In this document: in pieces, positions 10,001 through 18,776 of the stretch
Numbering within the stretch: the first letter of the stretch is position 1
How the letters are laid out: each line of letters starts with the position of its first letter
Assembly: GCA_965279375.1 (NCBI GenBank)
Contig: OZ257156.1
Coordinates: 768,001 to 832,000 of the forward strand
From: Gemmatimonas sp.
GTDB taxonomy: Bacteria; Gemmatimonadota; Gemmatimonadetes; Gemmatimonadales; Gemmatimonadaceae
Reading direction: 5' to 3'
DNA length: 64,000 nucleotides
Made by a program: the position numbers and the translations under genes
Notes under the pieces: generated by a model
Told to the model about the DNA's origin: nothing
The model's database searches: none
What the model saw: only the letters and a program-made list of their open reading frames with translations

Positions 10001-10293
10001 ATGGCGAGAACTTCACCGAGGGTTATCGCACGCTGGGACTCGGCAAGGTCGTGGGCGAGCCCACCGCCGGCTGGGACGTGTACACGAGCGCCGGCACGAT
10101 GGTCGATGGCACGTCGGTGCGGTTGCCGTTCATGACCAACGCGCAGCGCGATATGGTGCCGCTCGAACGCCGTTCACGCGCCGTCGACATCCCGATCGAT
10201 CGTCCGATGGGCGAGAGTTACACCGGTCGCGATACGCAGCTGGAGCGCGCGGTGGCCGAGTTGCTCAGAAGCATCGGTAGTGGAGCGCGTTGA
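7015..10293 (+). CDS. Tricorn-like S41 family peptidase (TolB/PD40 propellers, PDZ, S41 domain), secreted
   Basis: Repeated SPDG/WSxDG motifs, MIGELDASHMG, IDVRNNNGG, SDGENF (catalytic Ser), VVGEPTAG. Signal peptide from ATG 7015. Confidence 0.9.
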   Translation: MPRSVLTVAAVAVGAALTLATAPCAVAQWITAQSASSTRPTADARLSFAEPGLAPDGREIAFVSAGDIWTVPVTGGEARLLVAHPANESRPLYSPDGTRLAFVSNRAGSNDVWLLTLATGALRRLTFDDGNESLDSWSRDGAYLYISSTAHDISSMNDVYRVRADGGTPMPVAADRYASEFMAAPNADGSVTAIVARGFGLSQWWRKGRSHLDESELWLVRGDGTKSPAYEQLMPRGARQLWPMWSADGRALYFVSDRNGTQNLWRKPLTGDAAPLTRFTTGRVLWPSIAGDGKTIAFERDFGIWTVDVASGSAREVPITRRGAVTGDAVQHVSLTGGFSELSLSPDGRKTAFVARGEVFVASGAEGGDALRVTTSSGIETHVAWTPDSRGLVYAGNRDGQWRLFHYDLAQTRETPLTNSGASDLAPRVSPDGKQVAYLHGDELRVLALDTKAVRSLAKGVFGRAPMVSHGGITWSPDGRWIAYLTAGTKMFVNAWVVPSAGGPAKQVSWLANTRANGISWSADGAYLLMDTGMRMEAGQVARIDLLPYTPRFREEQLEALFRDETPGRITAPPTPRPAADSAARTDGFKADPRNVRIVFDGIRNRLSFLPLGVDVGVQTLSRDGKQLAVTAVVANQPTIYLYALDDLAAEPAVARPVVSSSSGKGAVQFAPDGKSLWYLDGGRITSLALDTRTTKPLAVRADLDVDFHREKWDVFHQAWEYLNDNFYDPKFHGVNWEQMHGAYAPYIAGAGTPDEMRRILSLMIGELDASHMGINAPAGAPAAPTGRLGLEFDRAAYEQRGEFRISAVIPGGAADATGGVRVGDRLLAIDGASLARSTNLDSLLAYKAGKRVVLSLAGADNAASTPRTIAVSARTAGLEKVALYRAWIDERRTIVAKASNGTLGYAHMFDMGNNALANLTTDLDDENQTRSGLVIDVRNNNGGFMNGHALDVLQRRSYVIMQRRDAQPVPGRPVLGQRAIDMPTIAITSQHTLSDGENFTEGYRTLGLGKVVGEPTAGWDVYTSAGTMVDGTSVRLPFMTNAQRDMVPLERRSRAVDIPIDRPMGESYTGRDTQLERAVAELLRSIGSGAR

Positions 10294-10357
10294 TCGGTCG
10301 GGTTTGCGAAGGTTGTCGTCGAACGCGTCTCGCGACGCCGCCGCTACCTACTCGCAA

Positions 10358-11344
10358 CTACTCGCCCGCGCCCGCGTCTCGACCAGTGAGCGTCACCGTT
10401 TCCCGTACCTCCCACGGCTGCCCGTTGATTTGCTCGATCAGCGCGACTGCACGGAACGTGACTGACAGCGGCACGGGCAGCGCGCCGAGCTTTGCCTCGA
10501 TATTCCCCGGCGCGCGCGGATTTCGCGGATGCGCCAGGGTGAGATGGGCCTCGGGCGTGCGAATCGCGTCTGAGTCAAGCGCGCGGACACGCAACTGCTG
10601 AAAGGCGGTCGCGCCGTCGACGCACGGGAGCAGCAGGCCGTGTCCGTCAAAGCGACGCGGTGCGCCGAAAATGAGCGTCACCGGCGACTCCGTCGCGAGA
10701 CGTTGCCATAGGGCCGGCAGCTCGAGGTCCACGATCTCGTCCTCGCGACAGAGCGTCACGTGCGCCGCGATCAGGTCACGCTGCACCGGGTCCAGCTGCT
10801 GGCGCAGCGGCTCGAGCCACGGTGCAGTGCCGTCCGGCACGAACAGCGTGAGCTGTCGTCGCACGGATGGGAGTTGGCGAGGGCCCGTGGTTCGTTGCGC
10901 CGCGCGAATCTCCGTCCACTCCATCCAGTACTCACTGAGCGGTCGAGCGCCGCGCTGTGCGTAGAACGCGCGGGCGGCTGCATTCTCCGGTTCCACGTTG
11001 ACACATACGCGGGCGGCGTGCTGCTCAACGAACCATTCGGCGATCAAGTGAAAGAGCTCGTCCGCAACGCCGTGGCGTCGGTATTCCGGCAGCACGAAGA
11101 TCCACTGGAGCTCGCCGTCACACGCAAAGCGATGGGTCAGGTGACCGGCGACGAATCCGACGACAATACCGGCGGCCTCCGCGACAAACGCGACACGCTG
11201 AGGCTGCGCGTGTTGCGGGTGATGCTCGCCGGCGAGATAGCGCGCCATCGTGGCGGCACCGGCGCCGCCCGACCATTGGCCCGTCTCTCGGGCCACTCCC
11301 ATGGCCGTGGCATCGTCCGGCGTCGCCTCGCGATAGGTGATCAT
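10358..11344 (-). CDS. GNAT acetyltransferase fused to 2H phosphoesterase (2'-5' RNA ligase superfamily)
   Basis: VLPEYRRHGVA and N.AARAFY GNAT motifs; two HxT motifs (AHVTL, AHLTL). ATG 11344 overlaps the NUDIX stop (ATGA). Confidence 0.78.
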   Translation of the reverse strand: MITYREATPDDATAMGVARETGQWSGGAGAATMARYLAGEHHPQHAQPQRVAFVAEAAGIVVGFVAGHLTHRFACDGELQWIFVLPEYRRHGVADELFHLIAEWFVEQHAARVCVNVEPENAAARAFYAQRGARPLSEYWMEWTEIRAAQRTTGPRQLPSVRRQLTLFVPDGTAPWLEPLRQQLDPVQRDLIAAHVTLCREDEIVDLELPALWQRLATESPVTLIFGAPRRFDGHGLLLPCVDGATAFQQLRVRALDSDAIRTPEAHLTLAHPRNPRAPGNIEAKLGALPVPLSVTFRAVALIEQINGQPWEVRETVTLTGRDAGAGE

Positions 11345-11790
11345 CTCGCAGCGCTGCTCCACATCGCCTCGAGTACTGTCGCGATCCGTTCGAGTTGGGG
11401 ACACAGGAACCGATCCTGTCGAATGCCCGCGTCCCATTCCGTCCTGCGCAGGAGCGGCAGCCACCGCACCGCCGTCAGCTCGGCGACACCGTCTTGGCCA
11501 GTCGCGGCCGGCTCGCCGCTCACGAGTGTGCAGGCGAAGGTCCGCCATCGCGTGTAGGTACCGTCCGGCGGTTCGGCCGGCACATCGTCGACAATGTCGC
11601 CCACATCAACCACGACGCCCAGCTCTTCGCGAACCTCGCGCAACACCGCCTCAGCGTCGCTTTCGCCCGCCTCTCGACCGCCACCGGGCAGCACCCAGAA
11701 CGCCGTCCCATTGGCGAGCGTGATCTGCACGAGCAGAACACAGCGATCGCGCACAATCGCTGCTTGCAGGCGTGTATCGCGAATCGTCAT
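11341..11790 (-). CDS. NUDIX hydrolase
   Basis: Nudix box GGGREAGESDAEAVLREVREELG. Confidence 0.9.
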   Translation of the reverse strand: MTIRDTRLQAAIVRDRCVLLVQITLANGTAFWVLPGGGREAGESDAEAVLREVREELGVVVDVGDIVDDVPAEPPDGTYTRWRTFACTLVSGEPAATGQDGVAELTAVRWLPLLRRTEWDAGIRQDRFLCPQLERIATVLEAMWSSAAR

Positions 11791-11799
11791 GGCGAAGAT

Positions 11800-12660
11800 C
11801 TACAGCGTCGCGTCCAAACAGTTTCCGTGCGATCGCGCCAGATCGGACGGAGCGCGTTCCGCGACAGGAGCGTCATCTGGTCCCCGCCTTGGGATGTCCG
11901 ACCTTCGACCCGTTGCTCTCGCTGAGCAACCCCTCGGCGCGCCGTGGCGTCGTGTCGTCGATCGATCGACATAGGTATCGCCGCTGATGGCGTCCACTTT
12001 GCCGTTTTCGACGGTACCCACGCCGTTTGGGCGGATGGCGTCCGGCGAGGCGGGCGCATCGTGCGGGCGCTTGGTGGCCGAGGTCGCCGCACCCTTCGCG
12101 TGCTCGCGTCGTTCACTCGCGAGCTGCCGCAACGTGGCGGCAAGGCTCGTCGTGCCGTCGGCGCCAAGTACATCGACGATCGTCCATCGGCCGCGCGCCG
12201 CGCGCACGTCCGCGAAGGCGACCGGCGTGGGAGTCCGCTTGCCACCACATATCGCGAAGACGGGGACGCGAAAGCCACCATACTTTCGCATTGCACTCCC
12301 GACTGCGCTCGCCTCGCACGGGTCCTGGCTATTGAGGAACGGATCAGCATCGAGGCCCACGATCTCGTCGCGGACCTTGGCCTGCGCCGACAGGTCGGCG
12401 GCGAGCGCGCGCGCCAACGCCTGATCGAGTACACTGCGACGTTCGCGAAGCGCGACCGCGGCCGCGGGCTCTCGCGTTGCTGCGACTGCCTTGGGCGCAT
12501 ACCAACGGTAGAACGTCTCCACGAAGCGCTGCGCGGCCTGCGCAGAGTCCGCGACAGGCTTCTGCGCCGATGCGCGACGGGCGCACGCCAGAAGTACGAG
12601 CACACACGTGGATCGTCGAAGCCACGTCACGGGAATTCTCCTACGGGAGTGATGGTGCAT
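11800..12660 (-). CDS. Secreted protein, DUF3828/YbjP-like, with low-complexity C-terminal extension
   Basis: Signal-like VLVLLAC, FVETFYRWY and GLDADPFLNSQD motifs. Start is uncertain. Confidence 0.6.
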   Translation of the reverse strand: MHHHSRRRIPVTWLRRSTCVLVLLACARRASAQKPVADSAQAAQRFVETFYRWYAPKAVAATREPAAAVALRERRSVLDQALARALAADLSAQAKVRDEIVGLDADPFLNSQDPCEASAVGSAMRKYGGFRVPVFAICGGKRTPTPVAFADVRAARGRWTIVDVLGADGTTSLAATLRQLASERREHAKGAATSATKRPHDAPASPDAIRPNGVGTVENGKVDAISGDTYVDRSTTRRHGAPRGCSARATGRRSDIPRRGPDDAPVAERAPSDLARSHGNCLDATL

Positions 12661-12762
12661 GTTCCTAACCCTTCGTTGCACCAACGCGAGCGAGAGCAAC
12701 AAACCCTTGCTGCGTGAAACGGCGTAGGCGCGCGGTACGGCACCGCACGACATCACCGCCCT

Positions 12763-14016
12763 CTAACCCACCCTGCGCAACCGCCGAATACTCACGATCC
12801 CCAACGCTGGCCCGATGGCCAGCACCGGAAAGACCCACTGCCACCCGATCCACCCCACCAGCGGCGGAATGAGCTGAATCGTGATCGTGGTGAGCAAAAA
12901 ACCGATCGACACCTGCAACGTCAGCGCCGTCCCCACCGCGTGCGCGGGCACACTCTCCGTCACCAACACGCTGAACTGCGCGCTGTCGGCAATCACGAAG
13001 AACCCCCACACCAGCGCGAGCGGCGCCAGGAGCCACCACGAGCGGCCCCACGCAAGGCCGATCGCCAAGGCGCAGCTGCCGCTGATCGACATCGCCCACG
13101 TCACCAGCTGCGCGCGCCCCACGCGATCGGCCACCAGCCCGCCCCACACGCAGCCGATGCCGCCCACGGCGATCACACCAAAACCAAGCACCGCCGCCAC
13201 GCGCGGATTGGCCACCGCACCCGTGCGCGCCGCGTGCACCGCATCGCTTGCGGCCAGAAACGCCGGAATCCACGTCCAGAACGAATACAGCTCCGCCATG
13301 TGCCCGAGATAGCCACCCGTCGACAACCGCCAGCGCGGCGACTGCACCACCTCGCGCGTTCGCGCCCAGGCAAACGGACGCGATGGAAATTCATACGGGC
13401 CGTCGCGATAGAGTGTGAACACGAGCGCGGCCGCGAGCAGCGCACTCGCCGACGACAACCACGTCACCAGCAGCACCGTCATCCCCGGCCACGCCTGCGC
13501 GAGATACGGTGTTGCCTTGCCGATCGTGAGCGCACCGACGATCGTGCCGACGGCCAGTCCGCGCCGCGCGCGAAACCATGTCGAGGCCATCTTCATCGCC
13601 GGCGGATAGACGCCGGCCAGACAACACCCCGCCGCGCCGCGCGACAACAGCGCGATCAGATAACTGTCGGTGTAGGCGAGCGCGAGATTCGCCAGCGCCC
13701 CTAGCACCGCGGCACCGGCGAAGAGCAATCGAGCCGGCAGCACGTCGGCGAGATTGAGCAACGCACTCAGCGCAGTCCCGGCGACGAACCCCAGCTGCAC
13801 CGCGGTGGTGAGCCACCCCACCTGCGACGACGTCAGCGACCACGACGTCGCCAGCGTCGGCCCGACCGCGCTCCCGGTGAACCAGAGCGACATCCCGAGC
13901 AACACCGCACAGGACACGAGCGCCAGCATGCGCCAGCGCGCGGGATCGCGATCGGTTTCCCGAGCGGTTTCCGTCGCGGTTTCGGTCGAGCCAGAGGACA
14001 ACGGAGCGATGGCCAT
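12763..14016 (-). CDS. MFS transporter
   Basis: About 12 hydrophobic segments; LGMSLWF, AGVYPPAMK, GHMAELY, ADSAQFS, GLVADRVGR motifs. Confidence 0.88.
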   Translation of the reverse strand: MAIAPLSSGSTETATETARETDRDPARWRMLALVSCAVLLGMSLWFTGSAVGPTLATSWSLTSSQVGWLTTAVQLGFVAGTALSALLNLADVLPARLLFAGAAVLGALANLALAYTDSYLIALLSRGAAGCCLAGVYPPAMKMASTWFRARRGLAVGTIVGALTIGKATPYLAQAWPGMTVLLVTWLSSASALLAAALVFTLYRDGPYEFPSRPFAWARTREVVQSPRWRLSTGGYLGHMAELYSFWTWIPAFLAASDAVHAARTGAVANPRVAAVLGFGVIAVGGIGCVWGGLVADRVGRAQLVTWAMSISGSCALAIGLAWGRSWWLLAPLALVWGFFVIADSAQFSVLVTESVPAHAVGTALTLQVSIGFLLTTITIQLIPPLVGWIGWQWVFPVLAIGPALGIVSIRRLRRVG

Positions 14017-14277
14017 GAGTCGCGCGGAAGCTAACCTCCTCACTCTCCCATTTGGCGCTGGCGTCACTCGCCCTGCACCCCAGTACTCGCGGTCGGACGA
14101 TTCCGGCGCCAGACTCTGTCGCATCAGCTTCGAACGCCGATCGCGCAGACGCGCCCGACGCACGCTCCCCGATTCGTGCGAATCGAACAGTGCGCCGTCC
14201 GCCTCGATTCGGTCACGCCCGTTTCCGTCTCGCTCGTTCCCGCCCTTCCAGACGCAGGACTCACCGGAGCCCCGCCC

Positions 14278-15546
14278 GTGATCACACGCCGGACACTGCT
14301 GGTCAATGCGGGAGCGGTCGGCGGTGCGCTGCTGACCGGCATCTCACCCGACGGCACACCACCGCAAACCGCGCCCAATTCGGCGAGCGCACCAGAAGCG
14401 CCACCGGCGCCGCCCACAGCGGTGGCCCCGGAAGACCCCACGCACCAACTGGGCGCCCCCACGTCCGGCCAAGGCGCGCGCTCTCCATTCGAGGCGCCGT
14501 CGCGCACACCGACCGGAGACACGGCGGGCAGCTCGCTCACGCCACACGGTGCCCTGCACGGAACCATCACGCCAGCCGATCTGCATTTCGAACGACACCA
14601 CTCGGGTGTGCCTCTCATCGATCCAACGCGCCATCGGCTCATGCTGCACGGCATGGTCGCGCGCCCACTCGCGTTCTCGCTCGACGATCTGCGCCGCTTT
14701 CCGCAGGTCACCCGCCCCTACTTCGTCGAATGCGCCGGCAACGGCCGAGCGGCGTATCGCAACCCCACGCCGGAACTCACGGCGCAGCGCGTTGCCGGAC
14801 TCGCCAGCAACACCGAGTGGACGGGCGTTCCCCTGCACTACCTGCTCGACGAAGCGGGCTTGGACTCGAAGTCGACGTGGTGCCTCGCTGAAGGCAGCGA
14901 CTCGTGTCTGCTGGCCCGATCGATTCCCGTCGCCAAGCTGCGTGACGATGCACTGGTCGTGTGGGCGCAGAACGGTGAGCCGCTGCGTCCAGCACAGGGC
15001 TATCCGATGCGACTGCTGCTCCCCGGCTGGGAGGGCAACACCAACGTGAAGTGGCTGCGCCGACTGGAGTTCGGCACGGCACCGTGGATGACTCGCTGGG
15101 AAACGTCCAAATACACCGACGTACTGGCCAACGGCACAGCACGAATCTTCAGCTTCGAGCAGGACGCCAAGTCGGTGATCACGTCGCCATCGCACCCCGA
15201 CGTGGTAGCTGCACGCGGCTGGTTGCCCGTGCGCGGCATCGCATGGTCGGGACGTGGCGCGATCACGCGGGTTGAAGTCAGCACGGACGGCGGCACAACG
15301 TGGCACGACGCGGAACTGTGCACGCCGCCAACTCCCAAGGCCCACGTGCGCTTTCAGCACATGTGGAAGTGGACGGGCGGCGAATCGTTGCTGCTCAGTC
15401 GCGCCACCGACGACACCGGCTACGTGCAGCCCACGCGCGCTGCACTGCTCGCCGCACGCGGCATCGGCACCGACTACCACTGCAACCAGATCGTCGGATG
15501 GAAGGTGCAGACGGACGGTCACGTCTTCTTTCACGGGCTCACCTGA
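14278..15546 (+). CDS. soxC: Sulfite oxidase-family molybdopterin subunit, SoxC-like, Tat-exported
   Basis: TRRTLL Tat motif, ITPADLHFERHHSG, ECAGNG (Mo-ligating Cys), QNGEPLRPAQGYPMRL, GWEGNTNVKWLRR. GTG start inferred. Confidence 0.85.
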   Translation: MITRRTLLVNAGAVGGALLTGISPDGTPPQTAPNSASAPEAPPAPPTAVAPEDPTHQLGAPTSGQGARSPFEAPSRTPTGDTAGSSLTPHGALHGTITPADLHFERHHSGVPLIDPTRHRLMLHGMVARPLAFSLDDLRRFPQVTRPYFVECAGNGRAAYRNPTPELTAQRVAGLASNTEWTGVPLHYLLDEAGLDSKSTWCLAEGSDSCLLARSIPVAKLRDDALVVWAQNGEPLRPAQGYPMRLLLPGWEGNTNVKWLRRLEFGTAPWMTRWETSKYTDVLANGTARIFSFEQDAKSVITSPSHPDVVAARGWLPVRGIAWSGRGAITRVEVSTDGGTTWHDAELCTPPTPKAHVRFQHMWKWTGGESLLLSRATDDTGYVQPTRAALLAARGIGTDYHCNQIVGWKVQTDGHVFFHGLT

Positions 15547-16187
15547 TGCGCGCGACATCTCGCACCGCGACGCTCCTCTGCACATTCGCCTGCACACTCG
15601 CGGCGCTGCTCTCCGCCTGCACTCAGTCGCGCAACGACGTCACCACCACACGCACCGCCGGCGCCCACGCGCTCCCCACCGGTGAGCACTACGCACTCGG
15701 CGCCCCGATCGACAGCGCCACACTCGCCGCGTGGAACGTAGACGGTGGGCCCGGAGGCGCCGATCTCCCACCGGGCAGCGGTAGCGTCGCGACAGGCGAT
15801 GCGATCTACGTGAAACAGTGCGCGCGCTGCCACGGCGTGGGTGGCGTGGGCATGAGTGGACCGCCTGCGTATCCAGCACTGGTGGGACGCGACAGCGCGT
15901 ACGAAGGCTTCCGCTTCGCCAATCAATCCAAGTCGGTGAAGACCATCGGCAACTACTGGCCGTACGCCTACACCGTCTTCGACTACATCAAGCGCTCGAT
16001 GCCGCACGACATGCCGCGCTCACTCACCGACGACGAGATCTACGCCGTCACGGCGTATCTACTGCACGCCAACGGGTTGCTGCCACAGGACGCGACACTC
16101 GACGCGGCCAAGCTGCGTGCCGTGAAGATGCCATACCAGGACCGCTTCGTGCCGGATGAGCGCACCGGCGGGCCTGTGGTGCGCTGA
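15546..16187 (+). CDS. soxD: Monoheme cytochrome c, SoxD-like, probable lipoprotein
   Basis: LPPGSGSV, CARCHG heme motif, KTIGNYWPYA.TVFDYIKRSMP; LLSAC lipobox. ATG overlaps the soxC stop (TGATG). Confidence 0.8.
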   Translation: MRATSRTATLLCTFACTLAALLSACTQSRNDVTTTRTAGAHALPTGEHYALGAPIDSATLAAWNVDGGPGGADLPPGSGSVATGDAIYVKQCARCHGVGGVGMSGPPAYPALVGRDSAYEGFRFANQSKSVKTIGNYWPYAYTVFDYIKRSMPHDMPRSLTDDEIYAVTAYLLHANGLLPQDATLDAAKLRAVKMPYQDRFVPDERTGGPVVR

Positions 16188-17684
16188 TCATCCAGGATTC
16201 GCGACCTTCTCCGCTGTTACCAGAATCGAATCCAGCGCCGCTCGCGTATACAGGCGACCGTTGGCGATGACCGCACGGATCTTCGTCGTGTTGCGAATGT
16301 CGGCCAACGGATTGGCGTTGAGCAGCACGAGATCGGCCACGTGGCCCTTCGCGATCGTGCCCATCGTATCCGTCGCGGCGAGCTGACGTGCCGGCTCGAG
16401 AGTCGCCGCACGCAACGCTGCCAATGGCGACAGCCCGTTCTCGACGAACAGCTGCAGTTCGTCGTGCAGCGAGAACCCGGGAATCACATACGGGTTGAGC
16501 ACGTCCGTGCCGGCAAGCATGGGCACGCCAGCCGCCGCCATCGGCGCGATCAGCGAGAGCTGCAGACGATACGTACGCCGCGCGCGCTCCCAGTCCGCCT
16601 CGGTACGACTGCGAAAGCGTGGATCGGTCGCGGGGTCCCACGTCGCCATCAGGTAGCGTGGCATGTAGCGCAGCCGCGGATCCTTGCGCAGCGTCGAATC
16701 GTTCATGAAGGTGATGCCGCGCAACACGGTCAACGTCGGTACCTGCGCTGACTTGTTGCGTGCGAGCTCACGAAAGAGCGCTTTGCATTTGGGCATATCG
16801 AAGCTGGTGATCGACAGCTCACCCACCTCGGCGCGCGCGCGCTGCAAGGCGGCCAACGATCCGATCGATGTATCGAGTGCCGCGCGCAGTGTCGGTTCCG
16901 CATTCGAACACGCCGTCGTCACGCCATTCAGATGCTCCATCGTCCACATACCGGCGGCGCTCGCTTCCCGAATGGACAGCGCTTCGGGGACGTGGCCGGC
17001 AAAGCGAATGCCGCGAGCTTTCGCCGCGCGTGCGACGGCCAGGAACGCATCGCGCGTGAGCAGCGAATACACCTTGATGAAGTTCGCGCCGGCAGTGGCC
17101 AGCGAATCCACGATCGCGGCCGCCCGCGCCGGATCGCTCAACCGCACGCTCGTCGGCCAGATGGGATTGGCGCCATCCACGATATGTCCTGCGCCAACGA
17201 TGCGGGGCACAGTCGCCGATCGGTCCGCGTTGGCCGCGCGCGTCGCTTTGATCACGCGCACATCACCGAACATCTCGCGCACGCCCGTCACGCCGTTGGC
17301 GATGTAGAGCGGCATGAGCTGCTTGTCGAGAAACGGATACGCGGAGTGCACGTGAAAATCCCAGAGCCCCGGAATCACATAGGCACCCGCTCCGTCCACC
17401 ATCGTCGCGTTGGGCGGAAATGCCATGCGCGTGCGGTCCACACGCACGATGCGATTGCCCGTGACCACGATGTTCATTCCCGGCAGCAATCGCCCTGATG
17501 CCACATCGACGACGGTGGCGTTGGTGATCACGGTCGATTGCGAACTCGCGATGCTGTCGGCGCGCGACGGTTGCTGCGCAGCAGCCGATTGCGCGCTCGC
17601 GACGAGCGTCAACAGACAGGCGACCAGCATCGGCGCGACATGGGGACGGCACGATGCGGGACGGAAACGAGAGTGCTTCGACAT
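16188..17684 (-). CDS. Amidohydrolase family protein, secreted
   Basis: PGLWDFHVH, FIKVY, GHVP, MEH, AGTD and ADLVLLNANPLADI motifs; signal peptide; RBS GAGG. Confidence 0.88.
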   Translation of the reverse strand: MSKHSRFRPASCRPHVAPMLVACLLTLVASAQSAAAQQPSRADSIASSQSTVITNATVVDVASGRLLPGMNIVVTGNRIVRVDRTRMAFPPNATMVDGAGAYVIPGLWDFHVHSAYPFLDKQLMPLYIANGVTGVREMFGDVRVIKATRAANADRSATVPRIVGAGHIVDGANPIWPTSVRLSDPARAAAIVDSLATAGANFIKVYSLLTRDAFLAVARAAKARGIRFAGHVPEALSIREASAAGMWTMEHLNGVTTACSNAEPTLRAALDTSIGSLAALQRARAEVGELSITSFDMPKCKALFRELARNKSAQVPTLTVLRGITFMNDSTLRKDPRLRYMPRYLMATWDPATDPRFRSRTEADWERARRTYRLQLSLIAPMAAAGVPMLAGTDVLNPYVIPGFSLHDELQLFVENGLSPLAALRAATLEPARQLAATDTMGTIAKGHVADLVLLNANPLADIRNTTKIRAVIANGRLYTRAALDSILVTAEKVANPG

Positions 17685-17837
17685 GAATTCCTCGACGATG
17701 ACTGAGCTACTCGGCGATCCGTGTGCCGCCGCAAACGCTGCCGAACACGCTGCCGCCTCTGCGACCGCGCACGGTTGAGCATAGCTCCTGACGCTACGTC
17801 AGGATCAAGGCCACCATCGAGGCCACTCGCGCGGCAC

Positions 17838-18536
17838 CTATCGCGAGGGGCCCCTGAGCCGCAACCGTTCGGCGCGCTCGAGCGCTTCCACATAGCGCCG
17901 CTCGTTCTTGCGCGCGCGCTCCTTGCGTTTGATCTCGGCGCCACCCATCAGCACGAATCCACTGATGCGCAGCACGGGAGCGTTAGGGTCGTCGAGGCTG
18001 GACAGCCCGGACTTGGCTTCGAATCCGCCCATCACGGCCATCCCCACCACTTCCACGCGCACGCCGTCCGGCACCCAGATCTCCACGCCGCCCCACACCG
18101 CGAGCACTTCGATCTCGCTGACACCGGGCGCGATGCGCGCGTCGCGCAGGTCGAGCTTGACGCCGCCCATGACCGCGACTGCCTTGAAATGTCGCGGCAG
18201 CACCCAGCCCTCCGCCCGCTCGAAGCCACCCATTACCGCGATGCCAACGCCGCGGTCCGGCAATGCGAACTCCTGCGCCGGTCGCGCCGCCGCCGCCGGC
18301 CGTTCGATCGACATCCCCGGCGACGACGGATCCTCAAGCAACTCGTCGAGCTGCGCCAAAGTGCGCGCCTGATACAGTCGCGTCAGCCGCGCATCGAGTT
18401 CGTCCATCGAGATGCGATCTGCTGCAAACGCGTCCGCCAGCCGCTGAATCACCTGCGCGCGCTGCAGCTCCGTCACGCCATAAGACTCCGCCGGCGCGAG
18501 CTGCTGCGTATTGGGATCGTAGCGTGGTGTCGTCAT
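17838..18536 (-). CDS. DUF1707 (SHOCT-like) plus LiaF/DUF2154-like domain protein
   Basis: RAQVIQRLADAFAADRISMDELDARL; repeated AVMGG/AVWGG, KLDLRDA and VPDGVRVEV motifs. Confidence 0.8.
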   Translation of the reverse strand: MTTPRYDPNTQQLAPAESYGVTELQRAQVIQRLADAFAADRISMDELDARLTRLYQARTLAQLDELLEDPSSPGMSIERPAAAARPAQEFALPDRGVGIAVMGGFERAEGWVLPRHFKAVAVMGGVKLDLRDARIAPGVSEIEVLAVWGGVEIWVPDGVRVEVVGMAVMGGFEAKSGLSSLDDPNAPVLRISGFVLMGGAEIKRKERARKNERRYVEALERAERLRLRGPSR

Positions 18537-18642
18537 CGCATTCGTCGTGGGAATTCACTTCGCGCGGTATCGCACGCCATTGAACCTGCGCAGGTAAGGC
18601 TCACATTTGCACCCATCGCCGTTGGGCGCGCCAGTCCCGCAA

Positions 18643-18744
18643 GGCAAACGGGGGACCCTCCGAAGGCCCTCTGCCCGCGGGACGATCCGCCAACGGATCG
18701 TCACGAACGGGCAGCAAGGCCGAGCGGAGGGTCCCCCGTTTGCC
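18643..18744. repeat. Long intergenic hairpin / REP-like palindrome (possible terminator)
   Basis: Perfect 20-bp arms GGCAAACGGGGGACCCTCCG / CGGAGGGTCCCCCGTTTGCC with nested inner stems CTGCCCG/CGGGCAG and GACGATCCG/CGGATCGTC. Confidence 0.75.
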
Positions 18745-18776
18745 GCGGCGCGCGCCACGCGCCACGCGCCTACGGG

